A stretch of 44,740 bases of DNA from Thermoproteota archaeon (GCA_027491735.1 JAOZGP010000035.1:1-44740); one strand, 5' to 3'. Positions 1-9,536 are shown, counted from the stretch's first letter. Notes: a model not told the origin generated them from the sequence alone. A program made the numbers and translations.

Positions 1-74
1 GGCCTCGCCTCGATGTGCTCCAATACCAGCCTCCTCACGACCTCCTTTGGGTCTTCAAGTTCTGAACCTCTCAT
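1..74 (-). CDS. 5' part of a CDS running off the window (MRGSELEDPKEVVRRLVLEHIEAR...), product unknown
   Basis: ATG at 74-72, frame open to the window edge, host-like codon style. Confidence 0.5.
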   Translation of the reverse strand, partial: MRGSELEDPKEVVRRLVLEHIEAR

Positions 75-342
75 GAAGCGGAGATTTCAGCCGGATAAAA
101 AGTAGCTTGTGTGGACGAGTAGTTCCGATAGACCCCTAAAACACTTAGCGGAGAAAACAGTTGGGTTCAGCAATCTCAATAGGTTGTCTAGGTCGCCTCA
201 CTGACTATAATGTAAAGTTGTCTCTGCCAGGTCATCCGATGAGGACTACAAACGTAGTGGATGATCAGAACAAGGACGACCTCTCGTTACTCTTTGACTT
301 AGTTTTCCACATTTGTTTATGACATCACTACGAGATTGGATA

Positions 343-416
343 TGGGGGCGCCGGGATTTGAACCCGGGTCTGAGGCTCCCGAGGCCTCCATCCTAGCCAA
401 GCTAGACTACGCCCCC
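343..416 (-). tRNA. tRNA-Pro(CGG)
   Basis: Acceptor GGGGGCG/CGCCCCC-A, anticodon arm GAGGC-CT-CGG-GA-GCCTC, T loop TTCAAAT; CCA not encoded. Confidence 0.95.
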
Positions 417-505
417 AGCTTCACTTGAGGAGGGAAAGGGCTTACCTAAATAAAAAATTGACCTCTAACTCTTTAACCTTGACACTAGATAGATCTCCTG
501 GGAAG

Positions 506-1183
506 ATGCGCTCTGCCGGAGAAGTCAAAAGGGAGATCATGCGCATATTTGATGCCATAGCTGAGGAATTTGATAGAAGCAGAAGCAGGATCTGGATTGA
601 AGAAGTCTCCCTGCTTTTAGGAAGGAAAAGGGTTCTCGATCTTGGATGTGGGAATGGAAGAAACGGTATCTACCTCTTGGACAAAGGATCCTACGTTGTT
701 TTTGCGGATATTTCGTTTAACATGCTGAGGATAGTTGGAATGAAGAGGCCTGGATCTCAAAGAGTCCAATGTGACGCCAGCGCTCTTCCTTTTAGAGATC
801 AGTGTTTTGACGGTTTGTTGTTCATAGCGACCCTACATCACTTGCCGAAAGAGGAGAGACTTGCTTCCTTGAAGGAGATCAGGAGAATTCTAAGACCGAG
901 AGGTTTTGCTGTTATAAGTGCTTGGGCGCTTTTTCAGCCCAGGTTCTTGAGGAAAATACCTGAGATGATTGTAGGTGTCCTGAAGGGTGGGGAGTTCGGA
1001 GACCTATATGTGCCGTGGGGCTCGAAGAGGAGGTTGCTCAGATATTATCACTTGATGACCAGAAGAGAGCTCACAGATCTGGTCAGGAGGTCAGGTCTCA
1101 GAGTACTTTCCTCGTATGGAAAGAGATTCAAGACCAAGTTTTTTTCTGAAAATCATGTAGTTCTAGCCTCAAGGGAGGAATGA
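506..1183 (+). CDS. Class I SAM-dependent methyltransferase, Trm9/ALKBH8-like
   Basis: FDAIAEEFDRSR N-terminal motif, VLDLGCGNGRN motif I, IATLHHL, VPW..RYYH; start set at ATG 506. Confidence 0.8.
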   Translation: MRSAGEVKREIMRIFDAIAEEFDRSRSRIWIEEVSLLLGRKRVLDLGCGNGRNGIYLLDKGSYVVFADISFNMLRIVGMKRPGSQRVQCDASALPFRDQCFDGLLFIATLHHLPKEERLASLKEIRRILRPRGFAVISAWALFQPRFLRKIPEMIVGVLKGGEFGDLYVPWGSKRRLLRYYHLMTRRELTDLVRRSGLRVLSSYGKRFKTKFFSENHVVLASREE

Positions 1184-1186
1184 TTT

Positions 1187-2617
1187 TTGGTCAGGAGGGC
1201 TAGAATTCTCTCAGGAGTTGCTGTCGTGGCTGTCATGACGCCACCCTACCCATGCCCACATGGAAGGTGTATATATTGCCCTGGGGGGGATCATGTCCCT
1301 CAAAGTTATGTGGATGAGTCCCCTGCCGTGATCAGGGCAAGAAGAGTCTCTTACGATCCATATCTCCAGGTTAAAGAGAGACTAGAACAGTTCAGGAGGG
1401 CTGGATTCCTCCCTTCCAAGGTGGAGCTCATAGTTATGGGTGGGACCTTCACCTCGATGCCGGAGAGGAAACAGGAGGTGTTCATAACGAGATGTTTTGA
1501 TGCGATGAACTATTTTCCCTCCCCGAGAGGAGTGCCCAGCGAGTCTGTAGAAGAGGCACATGCCAGAAATGAGAGAGCACTGTGCAGGTGTACTGTCCTA
1601 ACGATAGAAACGAGACCCGATTGGGCTATGCCACCTCAAATAGATCTAATGCTGAGATTAGGAGCAACGAGGGTAGAAATAGGTGTTCAATCAATCTACG
1701 AGGACGTCTTGAGGAGAGTTAGGAGAGGTCACGGCATTGACGTTGTCAAGGAATCAACGAGGTTTCTCAGAGATGCTGGATATAAAGTGTGCTACCATCT
1801 GATGCCCGGGCTTCCTGGCAGTGATCTAGACAGGGACATTAAGATGTTCAGGGAGATCTTCTCCAATGAGCACTACAGACCGGATATGCTGAAGATCTAC
1901 CCTACGCTTGTCATAAAGGGAACTGAGCTGTACAAGATGTGGAAGCGCGGTGAGTACAGTCCTCTATCTGAGGAAGAATTCATGGAGCTCCTGGAGGAGG
2001 TCTACAGGGTCCTCCCGAAGTGGGTCAGAGTGCAACATGTTCAGAGGGACATACCTGCCTCCAGAATAGAGGCTGGTCCGAGGAGGAGGAATATAAGACA
2101 GCTTGTCGAGGAGGAATTGATGAGGAAGGGAGTCAGGATAAAGGAGATAAGGTTCAGAGAAGTGGGTAGAGCTCACCGCAGAGGAGCTCCTGTCAGGTTT
2201 GATCAAGTGGAGATCATGGAAGAAAGATTTCCTGCCGGAGAGGGCACAGAAATATTCCTCTCGATGGAAGATAGAGAGGTGGATGTCCTCTTTGGAGTGT
2301 TAAGACTTAGAATACCCTCCAAAAAAGCCCATAGATGGGAGGTTCGCGGTGACACTGCTTTGATAAGAGAGGTTCACATCTACGGACCACAGATACCGGT
2401 TGGCGAGATGCCCACAGACGCCGCTGCCCAGCATAGAGGATTTGGGAGATCGCTCATGAGAAGGGCCGAGGAAATAGCTTTTGAGGAGTACGGGGTCAGG
2501 AGGATCCTCGTGATCTCCGGCGTCGGTGCTAGAGAGTACTTCAGGAGGCTCGGATACAGAAGAATGAGTGGCTCATTCTACATGTACAAGGACAGAGATG
2601 GGGCCGCCGGGATTTGA
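1187..2617 (+). CDS. elp3: tRNA uridine(34) acetyltransferase Elp3 (radical SAM + GNAT)
   Basis: SGVAVVAVM, CPHGRCIYCPGG, IETRPD, KIYPTLV, REVHIYG, QHRGFG, ISGVGAREY. Confidence 0.95.
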   Translation: MVRRARILSGVAVVAVMTPPYPCPHGRCIYCPGGDHVPQSYVDESPAVIRARRVSYDPYLQVKERLEQFRRAGFLPSKVELIVMGGTFTSMPERKQEVFITRCFDAMNYFPSPRGVPSESVEEAHARNERALCRCTVLTIETRPDWAMPPQIDLMLRLGATRVEIGVQSIYEDVLRRVRRGHGIDVVKESTRFLRDAGYKVCYHLMPGLPGSDLDRDIKMFREIFSNEHYRPDMLKIYPTLVIKGTELYKMWKRGEYSPLSEEEFMELLEEVYRVLPKWVRVQHVQRDIPASRIEAGPRRRNIRQLVEEELMRKGVRIKEIRFREVGRAHRRGAPVRFDQVEIMEERFPAGEGTEIFLSMEDREVDVLFGVLRLRIPSKKAHRWEVRGDTALIREVHIYGPQIPVGEMPTDAAAQHRGFGRSLMRRAEEIAFEEYGVRRILVISGVGAREYFRRLGYRRMSGSFYMYKDRDGAAGI

Positions 2618-2674
2618 ACCCGGGACCACCAGCGCCCCAGGCTGGCATCCTAATCCAAGCTAGACCACGGCCCC
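2599..2674 (-). tRNA. tRNA-Pro(GGG)
   Basis: Acceptor GGGGCCG/CGGCCCC-A, anticodon arm CCAGC-CT-GGG-GC-GCTGG. Confidence 0.95.
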
Positions 2675-2740
2675 CCTTGTCTCCCAGAGGAGTTCAACTT
2701 AAAAATTCTATTGGCCATAGCGATAAGAGAGGCATCCGAA

Positions 2741-3547
2741 ATGAATACAATAATTTGCACTAATCTTATCGAGGTCCTCTTAGGGCTCTCCATGGTCCTG
2801 TTGTTCGGTCTTCTGAGTTTATCCAAGAAAACAGTGGACTTCGCTGGGTTAGTGACTGGAGTAGTTGTAGGAAGCTCATATGTATTCGTGGGCGGTTTGA
2901 TGGCGTTCATACCGCTTTTAACCTTCTTTCTTCTTGCCAGTGCATTTACTAAATATAAGTACAGTGTGAAGATGAAAAGGGGAGCAGCAGAGGGAAAAGG
3001 GGGTGCCAGAAGCTGGAATAATGTGGTGAGTAACGGCCTTCCACCCTTCATGTTCTTGATCCTCTGGAGGATATTTTCCTCGCAGGCGTTATTTCTGGCA
3101 TTCCTCTCAGCCATAGCAGCTAACCTATCTGATACCCTGAGCAATGAGGTGGGAACCTTGAGCCACACCGATCCGATTCTTCTGTTTTCATGGAGAAGAG
3201 TCCCAGCTGGAACATCTGGAGCTGTATCTACCCGGGGAACATTAGTCGGCTTGATCACTCCTATTATAATATCAATTGAGGCAGTACCATTTTTGGGACT
3301 AAACTGGCAGCTTCTAACTCCCATATTTGCGGGGTTTATGGGTAACCTTATAGATAGCGTGCTTGGAGCCACACTTGAGGCGAAATATAGATGTCCCACA
3401 TGCGGCAAGATCATCGAAAAGAGATATCATTGTGGAGCTCCCGCAGAGCTCGTTAAGGGTGTTGGTTTCATCAACAAGGACGTCGTCAACGCCTCGATGA
3501 GCGCGTTCGCTGGGATCCTGGGGGCAATACTCTATTATTTAATATAA
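2741..3547 (+). CDS. DUF92/TMEM19-family membrane protein with C-terminal Cys/His motif
   Basis: RSWNNVVSNG, DTLSNEVG, VPAGTSGAVS, DSVLGATLE, CPTC...HCG. Confidence 0.85.
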   Translation: MNTIICTNLIEVLLGLSMVLLFGLLSLSKKTVDFAGLVTGVVVGSSYVFVGGLMAFIPLLTFFLLASAFTKYKYSVKMKRGAAEGKGGARSWNNVVSNGLPPFMFLILWRIFSSQALFLAFLSAIAANLSDTLSNEVGTLSHTDPILLFSWRRVPAGTSGAVSTRGTLVGLITPIIISIEAVPFLGLNWQLLTPIFAGFMGNLIDSVLGATLEAKYRCPTCGKIIEKRYHCGAPAELVKGVGFINKDVVNASMSAFAGILGAILYYLI

Positions 3548-3576
3548 TAAATTTTTGTTGTTGAGAGGGATATCAT

Positions 3577-4275
3577 TTGATATCGGTGATAATTGCTACT
3601 AAGAATGAGGAGAGATATTTAAGGAGATGTCTCCTCTCTCTCGATAGACAGAGAGAGTTTGTAGAAGAAATAATAGTCGCAGATGGTGGGAGTACTGATG
3701 GAACTCTGGACATCGCCGAAGAATATGCAGATATCGTCATCTCCGATGTCAAACTAGATACTCCAGGAAAAGCCAGGAATGAAGGGGCCTCCAGAGCTAA
3801 AGGGAGCATACTCGCATTCGTGGATGCTGACACGATCGTTGGAAGCTCTTGGGGAAAATCCATTGTGAAGTGCTTCTCCTCAGAGGAGGTCGTCGGCGCT
3901 ACTGGACCGATACTTCCTATGGAGGGAGACAGTTCTCTGCTCATGAAGGCATCTTATTTGTTTTCGTATAACTTCTTGGTAAGAGCCACAGGGTTTCTGA
4001 GGATACCTCACTTCTTAGGGCTTAACTGCGCCTACAGAAGGGGTGTTTTCAGGTTATTAGGAGGATTTCCGAATAAGAAAATTTCGGAAGATGTGCTGTT
4101 CTCCATGAAGGTCGGGAGATATGGTAAAATGATTTTCTGTCCGGGGATGTTGTCGTATACGTCCTCTAGACGAATTAGAAAGCAGGGAATCGGATGGGCC
4201 CTGACTTACCTCGTGTACAACAGTCTTAAGGTGTTGCTCACCGGAGAGCCCATGGAATTTTATCCGAAGGTCTGA
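3577..4275 (+). CDS. Glycosyltransferase family 2
   Basis: ISVIIATKNE, DGGSTDGT, ARNEGA, FVDAD, SED, TSSRR. Confidence 0.9.
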   Translation: MISVIIATKNEERYLRRCLLSLDRQREFVEEIIVADGGSTDGTLDIAEEYADIVISDVKLDTPGKARNEGASRAKGSILAFVDADTIVGSSWGKSIVKCFSSEEVVGATGPILPMEGDSSLLMKASYLFSYNFLVRATGFLRIPHFLGLNCAYRRGVFRLLGGFPNKKISEDVLFSMKVGRYGKMIFCPGMLSYTSSRRIRKQGIGWALTYLVYNSLKVLLTGEPMEFYPKV

Positions 4276-4354
4276 TAAGGGTTTCAGCAAAGTTTAAATA
4301 TCGCTTATTGGAGGGATTGTTGGGAAAAGTGATATTAAAACTTTTCCTTAGGAG

Positions 4355-5299
4355 GTGCCTTTTTTGGAGAAGGAGGAGAAGCTAAGGTGCCCTAGATGTG
4401 GTAGTATCAATATTATAGAAGATTCTGACACTGGAGAGCTTGTTTGTGCTGAATGTGGGTTGGTGATCTCCGTAGGAATAGCCAGCAACATGAAGGACTG
4501 GAGAGCTTTTGATTCCGATGAGTATGTCAAGAGGGCCCATACAGGAGCGCCCATCTCTCCTGTTAGGCCAAGTTTCGGGCTGGATACTGGAATAATCGGG
4601 CAGGATAGCGCAAGCAAGAAATCCGTACGAAAGTTGAGAAGAACCAAGAGACATGTCAGCGACTCCAAGGAGAAGACTATAGAGCCAGCCTTGATGAAAA
4701 TAAAGGAGATAGCCGATGCCCTGAACATACCAGAGGAGACAGTTGAAGACGCAGCCAGATTGTATAGGATGGCCGCTCACAAGGGACTGGTCAAGGGCAG
4801 GAGCATGGATGCTATGGTAGCTGCTGTTGTTTACGCTGCATGTAGAAGAACGGAGGTTCCAAGAACTCTTGAGAACGTAGCCAGTTTCTTCAATCTTAAG
4901 GAGAAGGATGTTGGAAGGAGCTTCAGGTTCCTGTTCAGGAAGTTGGGGATAAAGATACCTCCTCCAAAAGCTGAGAGGTATGCCTATCAGATATGCACCA
5001 AGCTCAATCTGCCGGAGGAGGTGGCCGCTCAAGCTACTAGAATACTGAAGATAGCCAAGGAGCTTGGAGCCACTATGGGAAGAGAACCTGTTGGTGTTGC
5101 AGCTGCTGCAGTTTATATGGCTTGTAACGAGATGGGGATCCATAGGACCCAGAGGGAGCTTGCTCAGGCGGCAGAGGTTACTGAGGTCACTGTCAGGAAT
5201 AGATATAAAGAGTTGCTCGAAAAGGTTAGGCCGATATGGCTAAAGCAGAGGAAGGAGGGCGAGAAGAGGGCTGCTTTAGCCGAGGCGGGAGGAAGATGA
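4355..5299 (+). CDS. tfb: Transcription initiation factor IIB
   Basis: Zn ribbon CPRCG..CAECG, DWRAF B-reader, two cyclin folds ending VTEVTVRNRYKEL; true start may be TTG 4364. Confidence 0.95.
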   Translation: MPFLEKEEKLRCPRCGSINIIEDSDTGELVCAECGLVISVGIASNMKDWRAFDSDEYVKRAHTGAPISPVRPSFGLDTGIIGQDSASKKSVRKLRRTKRHVSDSKEKTIEPALMKIKEIADALNIPEETVEDAARLYRMAAHKGLVKGRSMDAMVAAVVYAACRRTEVPRTLENVASFFNLKEKDVGRSFRFLFRKLGIKIPPPKAERYAYQICTKLNLPEEVAAQATRILKIAKELGATMGREPVGVAAAAVYMACNEMGIHRTQRELAQAAEVTEVTVRNRYKELLEKVRPIWLKQRKEGEKRAALAEAGGR

Positions 5300-5441
5300 T
5301 CCTCTACATCATTCATTTTTTGGAGAGAGCTATCTCGATCGAGAACTATCGCTGAGGAGTGCGTCCATCAGGGTAATGTTTAAATCTGATCGTCAACCCG
5401 AATTCCCAGAGGAGAAAAGAGGGAGAAGGGATAAAGAAAAA

Positions 5442-5765
5442 ATGAGCGCAGAGGATAGGTGTCCAGTATGTGGCCTTCCTAAGGAGTTATGCATATGCGG
5501 AGAGATCTCTAAAGAAGAACAGAAAGTGGTGATCAAGTCCGAGAAGAGAAAGTACAGAAAAGATGTAACCGTTATAGAGGGCCTTGATCCCAGGGATATC
5601 GATATCAAGGGATTATTGAAAGAGCTCAAGAGCAAATTAGCCTGCGGAGGTACCTACAAGAAGGATGAAAGGATTATAATACTTCAGGGCAATCACCTCT
5701 ATAAAGTGAAGGACATACTTGTGCGATGGGGCATTTCAGAGGACAAGATAGAGATAGCGGGGTGA
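5442..5765 (+). CDS. Translation initiation factor aIF-1 (SUI1 family)
   Basis: CPVCGLPKELCIC, VTVIEG, LKSKLACGGT, LQGNH. Confidence 0.92.
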   Translation: MSAEDRCPVCGLPKELCICGEISKEEQKVVIKSEKRKYRKDVTVIEGLDPRDIDIKGLLKELKSKLACGGTYKKDERIIILQGNHLYKVKDILVRWGISEDKIEIAG

Positions 5766-5773
5766 TTTAGAGG

Positions 5774-5917
5774 ATGTATGAGTGTCTGAGATGTGGATAC
5801 ATCTTTCTCAAGGAGGAGATGGAGGAGATCTTCAAGGATTACAAGTGTCCACGATGTGGTTATAGGATCCTAAGGAAGGTGAGGCGAGAGGGGATAAAGA
5901 GAGTAGAAGCTATCTGA
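5774..5917 (+). CDS. rpoP: RNA polymerase subunit Rpo12 (P); absent from the ORF track
   Basis: Translated by hand: MYECLRCG...KCPRCGYRILRKVRREGIKRVEAI, 47 aa. Confidence 0.92.
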   Translation: MYECLRCGYIFLKEEMEEIFKDYKCPRCGYRILRKVRREGIKRVEAI

Positions 5918-6002
5918 GGGAGAACTCAGATTTAAAAGAAATTACCTTTCCCCTAGCGGAAGACGACTGATAGAAGGAGCTGTTGAGGGAAAGGCGATCT
6001 CT

Positions 6003-6557
6003 TTGGATGTGAGAGCTAAAAGATTCCTGAGAGAGATGGGCTATTTAGTACTTATGCTTCTAATAGCTCTCTTGGTAATAGACTTCGGCTTTCAGGCTTT
6101 GTTCGGTGTGAAGTCCCCACTGGCCGTGGTGACCTCTGGATCCATGAACCCCACCCTCAAGAGAGGGGACCTCATATTTATTTATAAAGTTCCAGCTAGT
6201 GATATAAAAGTTGGAGACATCGTAGTGTTCAGAGTTCCCTGGAGCGAGACCCCGATAGTTCACAGGGTCGTCGAGATATATAATGAAGGAGGAGTGGAGG
6301 TCTTCATAACAAAGGGAGACAATAACCCCGTCCCTGATCCAGGCTACAGGACATCAAAAGATATATACGGAAGGGTGCTAGAGGTCGACGGGCATCCCAT
6401 CAGAATACCCGTTGTTGGTTATGTTCTCCTCTTCTTCCAAACCTGGGAAGGACGCGCTATAATCATAACAACCATAGCTCTACTGTTCACCACTGATTTG
6501 ATCAGGGCATCTAAGGGAAGATCTACTGGTCAAGAAGAGAGAGGAGGACTCCGCTGA
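6003..6557 (+). CDS. Signal peptidase I (Sec11/S26B type)
   Basis: VVTSGSMNPTL, PIVHRV, TKGDNN, flanking TM helices. Confidence 0.92.
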   Translation: MDVRAKRFLREMGYLVLMLLIALLVIDFGFQALFGVKSPLAVVTSGSMNPTLKRGDLIFIYKVPASDIKVGDIVVFRVPWSETPIVHRVVEIYNEGGVEVFITKGDNNPVPDPGYRTSKDIYGRVLEVDGHPIRIPVVGYVLLFFQTWEGRAIIITTIALLFTTDLIRASKGRSTGQEERGGLR

Positions 6558-6621
6558 TTCTGGTTTAGAAGAATAAATTAAATAGGAAGCTTCCTTTTAT
6601 ATACTCCCCGGGTACCTTGGA

Positions 6622-7242
6622 ATGGGTGAGGACGCGGAGTCCATGAAAGAGCGAAAAAAGAAGAGGATCCTGTTTGCAAAGGAACCTGAAATCAAGATCC
6701 AGAATGTAGTTTCCTCAGCAGATATAGGGCAGCGATTGGATCTGAACGAGATTTCCAGGAAGATAAAAGAGTCGAGATATGAACCTGATAAATTTCCAGG
6801 TCTCGTACTTAAATTAGATTCACCGAAAGCTGCTCTTCTGCTTTTCAGTAGCGGTAAATTTGTTTGTACAGGAACCAAATCTGTTGAAGAATCAGCTAAA
6901 GCCATTCACAAAGCCATAGAGAAGCTAAACAAGTGTGGCATAAAGGTGAACTCCAAGCCCCTCATAAAGGCCGAGAACATAGTCGCCTCGGCTAAGCTTT
7001 TCTTGGATGTTGACATAGAAAAGCTCGCGATGGAGATGCCCAATACCCTCTACGAGCCGGAACAGTTTCCTGGCCTGATATTCAGAATGGAGGATCCGAG
7101 TGTGGTGTTCCTTGTTTTCGCCTCGGGGAGCTTAGTTTGCACCGGAGCCAAATATGAGGAAGATGTTAGACGGGCTGTTTACAAGCTTAGGGATATATTA
7201 GCTGAGAGAGGGTATATAATAACGAAGGAGGAGAAAGCCTGA
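6622..7242 (+). CDS. tbp: TATA-box-binding protein
   Basis: Two repeats NVVSS..YEPDKFPGL..SGKFVCTG and NIVAS..YEPEQFPGL..SGSLVCTGAK. Confidence 0.97.
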   Translation: MGEDAESMKERKKKRILFAKEPEIKIQNVVSSADIGQRLDLNEISRKIKESRYEPDKFPGLVLKLDSPKAALLLFSSGKFVCTGTKSVEESAKAIHKAIEKLNKCGIKVNSKPLIKAENIVASAKLFLDVDIEKLAMEMPNTLYEPEQFPGLIFRMEDPSVVFLVFASGSLVCTGAKYEEDVRRAVYKLRDILAERGYIITKEEKA

Positions 7243-7271
7243 AATTCCCCATCTGTGGGAGGTGACGCTCT

Positions 7272-7877
7272 TTGTTGACCCTCGAGGAGGGAGCCTCTCT
7301 TGTGAGGCTTGCTAGGAGATCCATTGAAAGATATCTGATGGATGCAAGAATCCCTGAAAATCAAACAAGTAATCCTAGGCTGATGAAAAAGTCCGGTGTC
7401 TTCGTCACGCTCTACAGATACCCAGAAAAGATGCTGAGGGGGTGTATAGGCTTTCCCTATCCTGTATATCCCCTCTGGGAAGCAACTAAGAGGGCGGCCA
7501 TATCAGCGGCGGTGGAGGATCCGAGGTTCCGTCCACTATCTCTGGATGAACTTCCGGATATCATAATAGAGGTCTCTGTGCTAACTCCTCCTGAGAGAAT
7601 AGATAATCTCGTCGAAGATCGACTAGAGATCCCGAGGTTGATCAAGACAGGGAGTCATGGGTTGATAGTTAAGAGAGGGATGTTCAGTGGCCTGCTTCTT
7701 CCTCAGGTAGCCACGGAATTTGGTTTTAGTGAGGAGGTCTTCCTCGATGAGACCTGCAGAAAAGCTGGTCTAGAACCTGGATGTTGGAGAGATGAAAATA
7801 CTGAGGTTTATCGGTTTGAGGCGGAGATCTTTGAGGAGATTAGGCCTCTAGGAGAGGTTGTAAAGATCGAAAGCTGA
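7272..7877 (+). CDS. AMMECR1-domain protein
   Basis: GVFVTL, LRGCIG, DPRF, EVSVLT, GLLLPQVA. Confidence 0.92.
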   Translation: MLTLEEGASLVRLARRSIERYLMDARIPENQTSNPRLMKKSGVFVTLYRYPEKMLRGCIGFPYPVYPLWEATKRAAISAAVEDPRFRPLSLDELPDIIIEVSVLTPPERIDNLVEDRLEIPRLIKTGSHGLIVKRGMFSGLLLPQVATEFGFSEEVFLDETCRKAGLEPGCWRDENTEVYRFEAEIFEEIRPLGEVVKIES

Positions 7878-7916
7878 GGATCTTTTCCTTGAATAACTGT
7901 CACAGGAGGACCCACG

Positions 7917-9068
7917 TTGAAGTTTTACGTATCTTTCATGGGAATAGGATACGGTCATGCCTCGAGATGCGTGAATCTAGCCAGAAGGCTTATCTCCATG
8001 GGTAACGAGGTCTTTCTCTCCTCCTATGGGGATGGATTGAGGTTTTTGGCCAGAGAAGCAATTGATTTACCGGTTTTCCGTGGAGGAAAGAAGGTTGTAT
8101 GGAAGATGAGAGAAGATGGTAGTCCTGATATCAGAGGAACGCTTGTGAGCCTGCCTGTTTACACCATGAGCTTTATGAACCACCTGAGGGAGGAAGTTCA
8201 GAACATAGAAGCTGTGAATCCAGACATAGTTATTTCTGATTCAAGAATAGCCACTCTCATGGCCGCCTCTGTGCTCGAAATACCCTCCGTAGTCGTCCTA
8301 AATCAACCTAAAATACTGCTAAGCAAGAGACACCTCCTAGAGAGGATCTTGGCTAGGTTGATGGGTTTTGCTTGGAGGATGTCCAACACGGTCCTCATGG
8401 CTGATTTCCCTCCACCCTACACGATAAGCCGCGCCCACACAGACAAGCTACCTAGATCCCTGACGAACAGGTTGGAGTTCGTCGGTCCCCTGGTCGAGGT
8501 GAGAAGAGAGGGGAGAAGGTCCATAAGGGATTTGCTTGATATACCAATGGATAGAAAAATTGTGCTCGTCATGATATCCGGACCAGAGAAGGAGAGAAAG
8601 AGCCTTTTCAGTGATATAATTAGGGTTATCCGTGAGTATAACGGGAGAGAGCTGTTTTTCCTGGTGTCAAAGGGAGATAGCGAGGATCATCCCGAGATCT
8701 CGGACAGAGGCAGGGACTACATAGTATTTAATTGGATATCAGACAAGTGGGCGTTCCTCAACCAAGCGGATGTCATGGTCTGTAGAGGAGGACACACGAT
8801 CCTCTCGGAATCTCTTCTTCTAGGCATCCCGGTGGTGTCGATCCCCACCCCCGGACATACCGAAAAGATGGAGAACTCTAGAAGCTTGGAGAGAATCGGT
8901 GCTGGATTTTTGCTGGAACAGCATAGGATAGACAACCTGATAGATGTGTTAAGAAGAGTTCTTGGGGATGAGAGCTACAGAAATAACGCTAAAAGGATCG
9001 GTGATATGTTCTCCCAGTGGGACTCGATGGATAGAGCAATAGGGTTGACTCTATCCAGCCTATGCTAG
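7917..9068 (+). CDS. GT-B glycosyltransferase (MurG/GT28-like)
   Basis: GIGYGHASR, PDIVISD, RGGHTILSE, PTPGHTEK..N. Confidence 0.85.
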   Translation: MKFYVSFMGIGYGHASRCVNLARRLISMGNEVFLSSYGDGLRFLAREAIDLPVFRGGKKVVWKMREDGSPDIRGTLVSLPVYTMSFMNHLREEVQNIEAVNPDIVISDSRIATLMAASVLEIPSVVVLNQPKILLSKRHLLERILARLMGFAWRMSNTVLMADFPPPYTISRAHTDKLPRSLTNRLEFVGPLVEVRREGRRSIRDLLDIPMDRKIVLVMISGPEKERKSLFSDIIRVIREYNGRELFFLVSKGDSEDHPEISDRGRDYIVFNWISDKWAFLNQADVMVCRGGHTILSESLLLGIPVVSIPTPGHTEKMENSRSLERIGAGFLLEQHRIDNLIDVLRRVLGDESYRNNAKRIGDMFSQWDSMDRAIGLTLSSLC

Positions 9069-9536
9069 AGACTTCTGAAGTGCCCATTTTATCTTCCTTA
9101 CGAGATCATTTAGCTCACTAGAAGGAACGTTTTCCACTATTATCTCCTCTAAAGTTCCCGAGTCATCACTTAATATCTTATAACTGCAGTCTGGATTAGC
9201 TTCCTTCATCTTTTCAAGTTCTCTGACCAAGAAGGAGCTTATCGGCCTTTTAGATGAGTCCACCTTTAGCTCTCCTGGTCTAACAATCAGCATCTTTCTC
9301 TCCCTGTCGATCAATATCTGCCCCACAAGCTTGCCCCTATATACGATATCACTCACCTTCTCCAACCTTATGCCCACCTCGTAAGCGGTTCTTAGACTTT
9401 TTTCGGCCAGAATTTTGTCCAGAACCTCAACGTATTTGGAGAGCCGCTCCACTGCTTTATTTAATTTCTCAATGCGAGAGGTAAGCATCCTACGAAGCTC
9501 CAGGAGATTTTTTATCTCCTCCTCATCCTCAATCAT
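9060..9536 (-). CDS. Hypothetical protein with N-terminal coiled coil
   Basis: 158-aa ORF overlapping the lysS stop; heptad pattern. Confidence 0.7.
   Translation of the reverse strand: MIEDEEEIKNLLELRRMLTSRIEKLNKAVERLSKYVEVLDKILAEKSLRTAYEVGIRLEKVSDIVYRGKLVGQILIDRERKMLIVRPGELKVDSSKRPISSFLVRELEKMKEANPDCSYKILSDDSGTLEEIIVENVPSSELNDLVRKIKWALQKSLA

Noticed and set aside
343-2674. Two similar tRNA-Pro 3' halves as attL/attR of an integrated element
   Set aside because: Both are complete tRNAs with different anticodons, there is no integrase, and the cargo is housekeeping
5945-5995. CCTTTCCC/GGGAAAGG stem before the signal peptidase gene
   Set aside because: Single 8-bp stem that probably starts upstream of the likely TSS; no recognisable RNA motif
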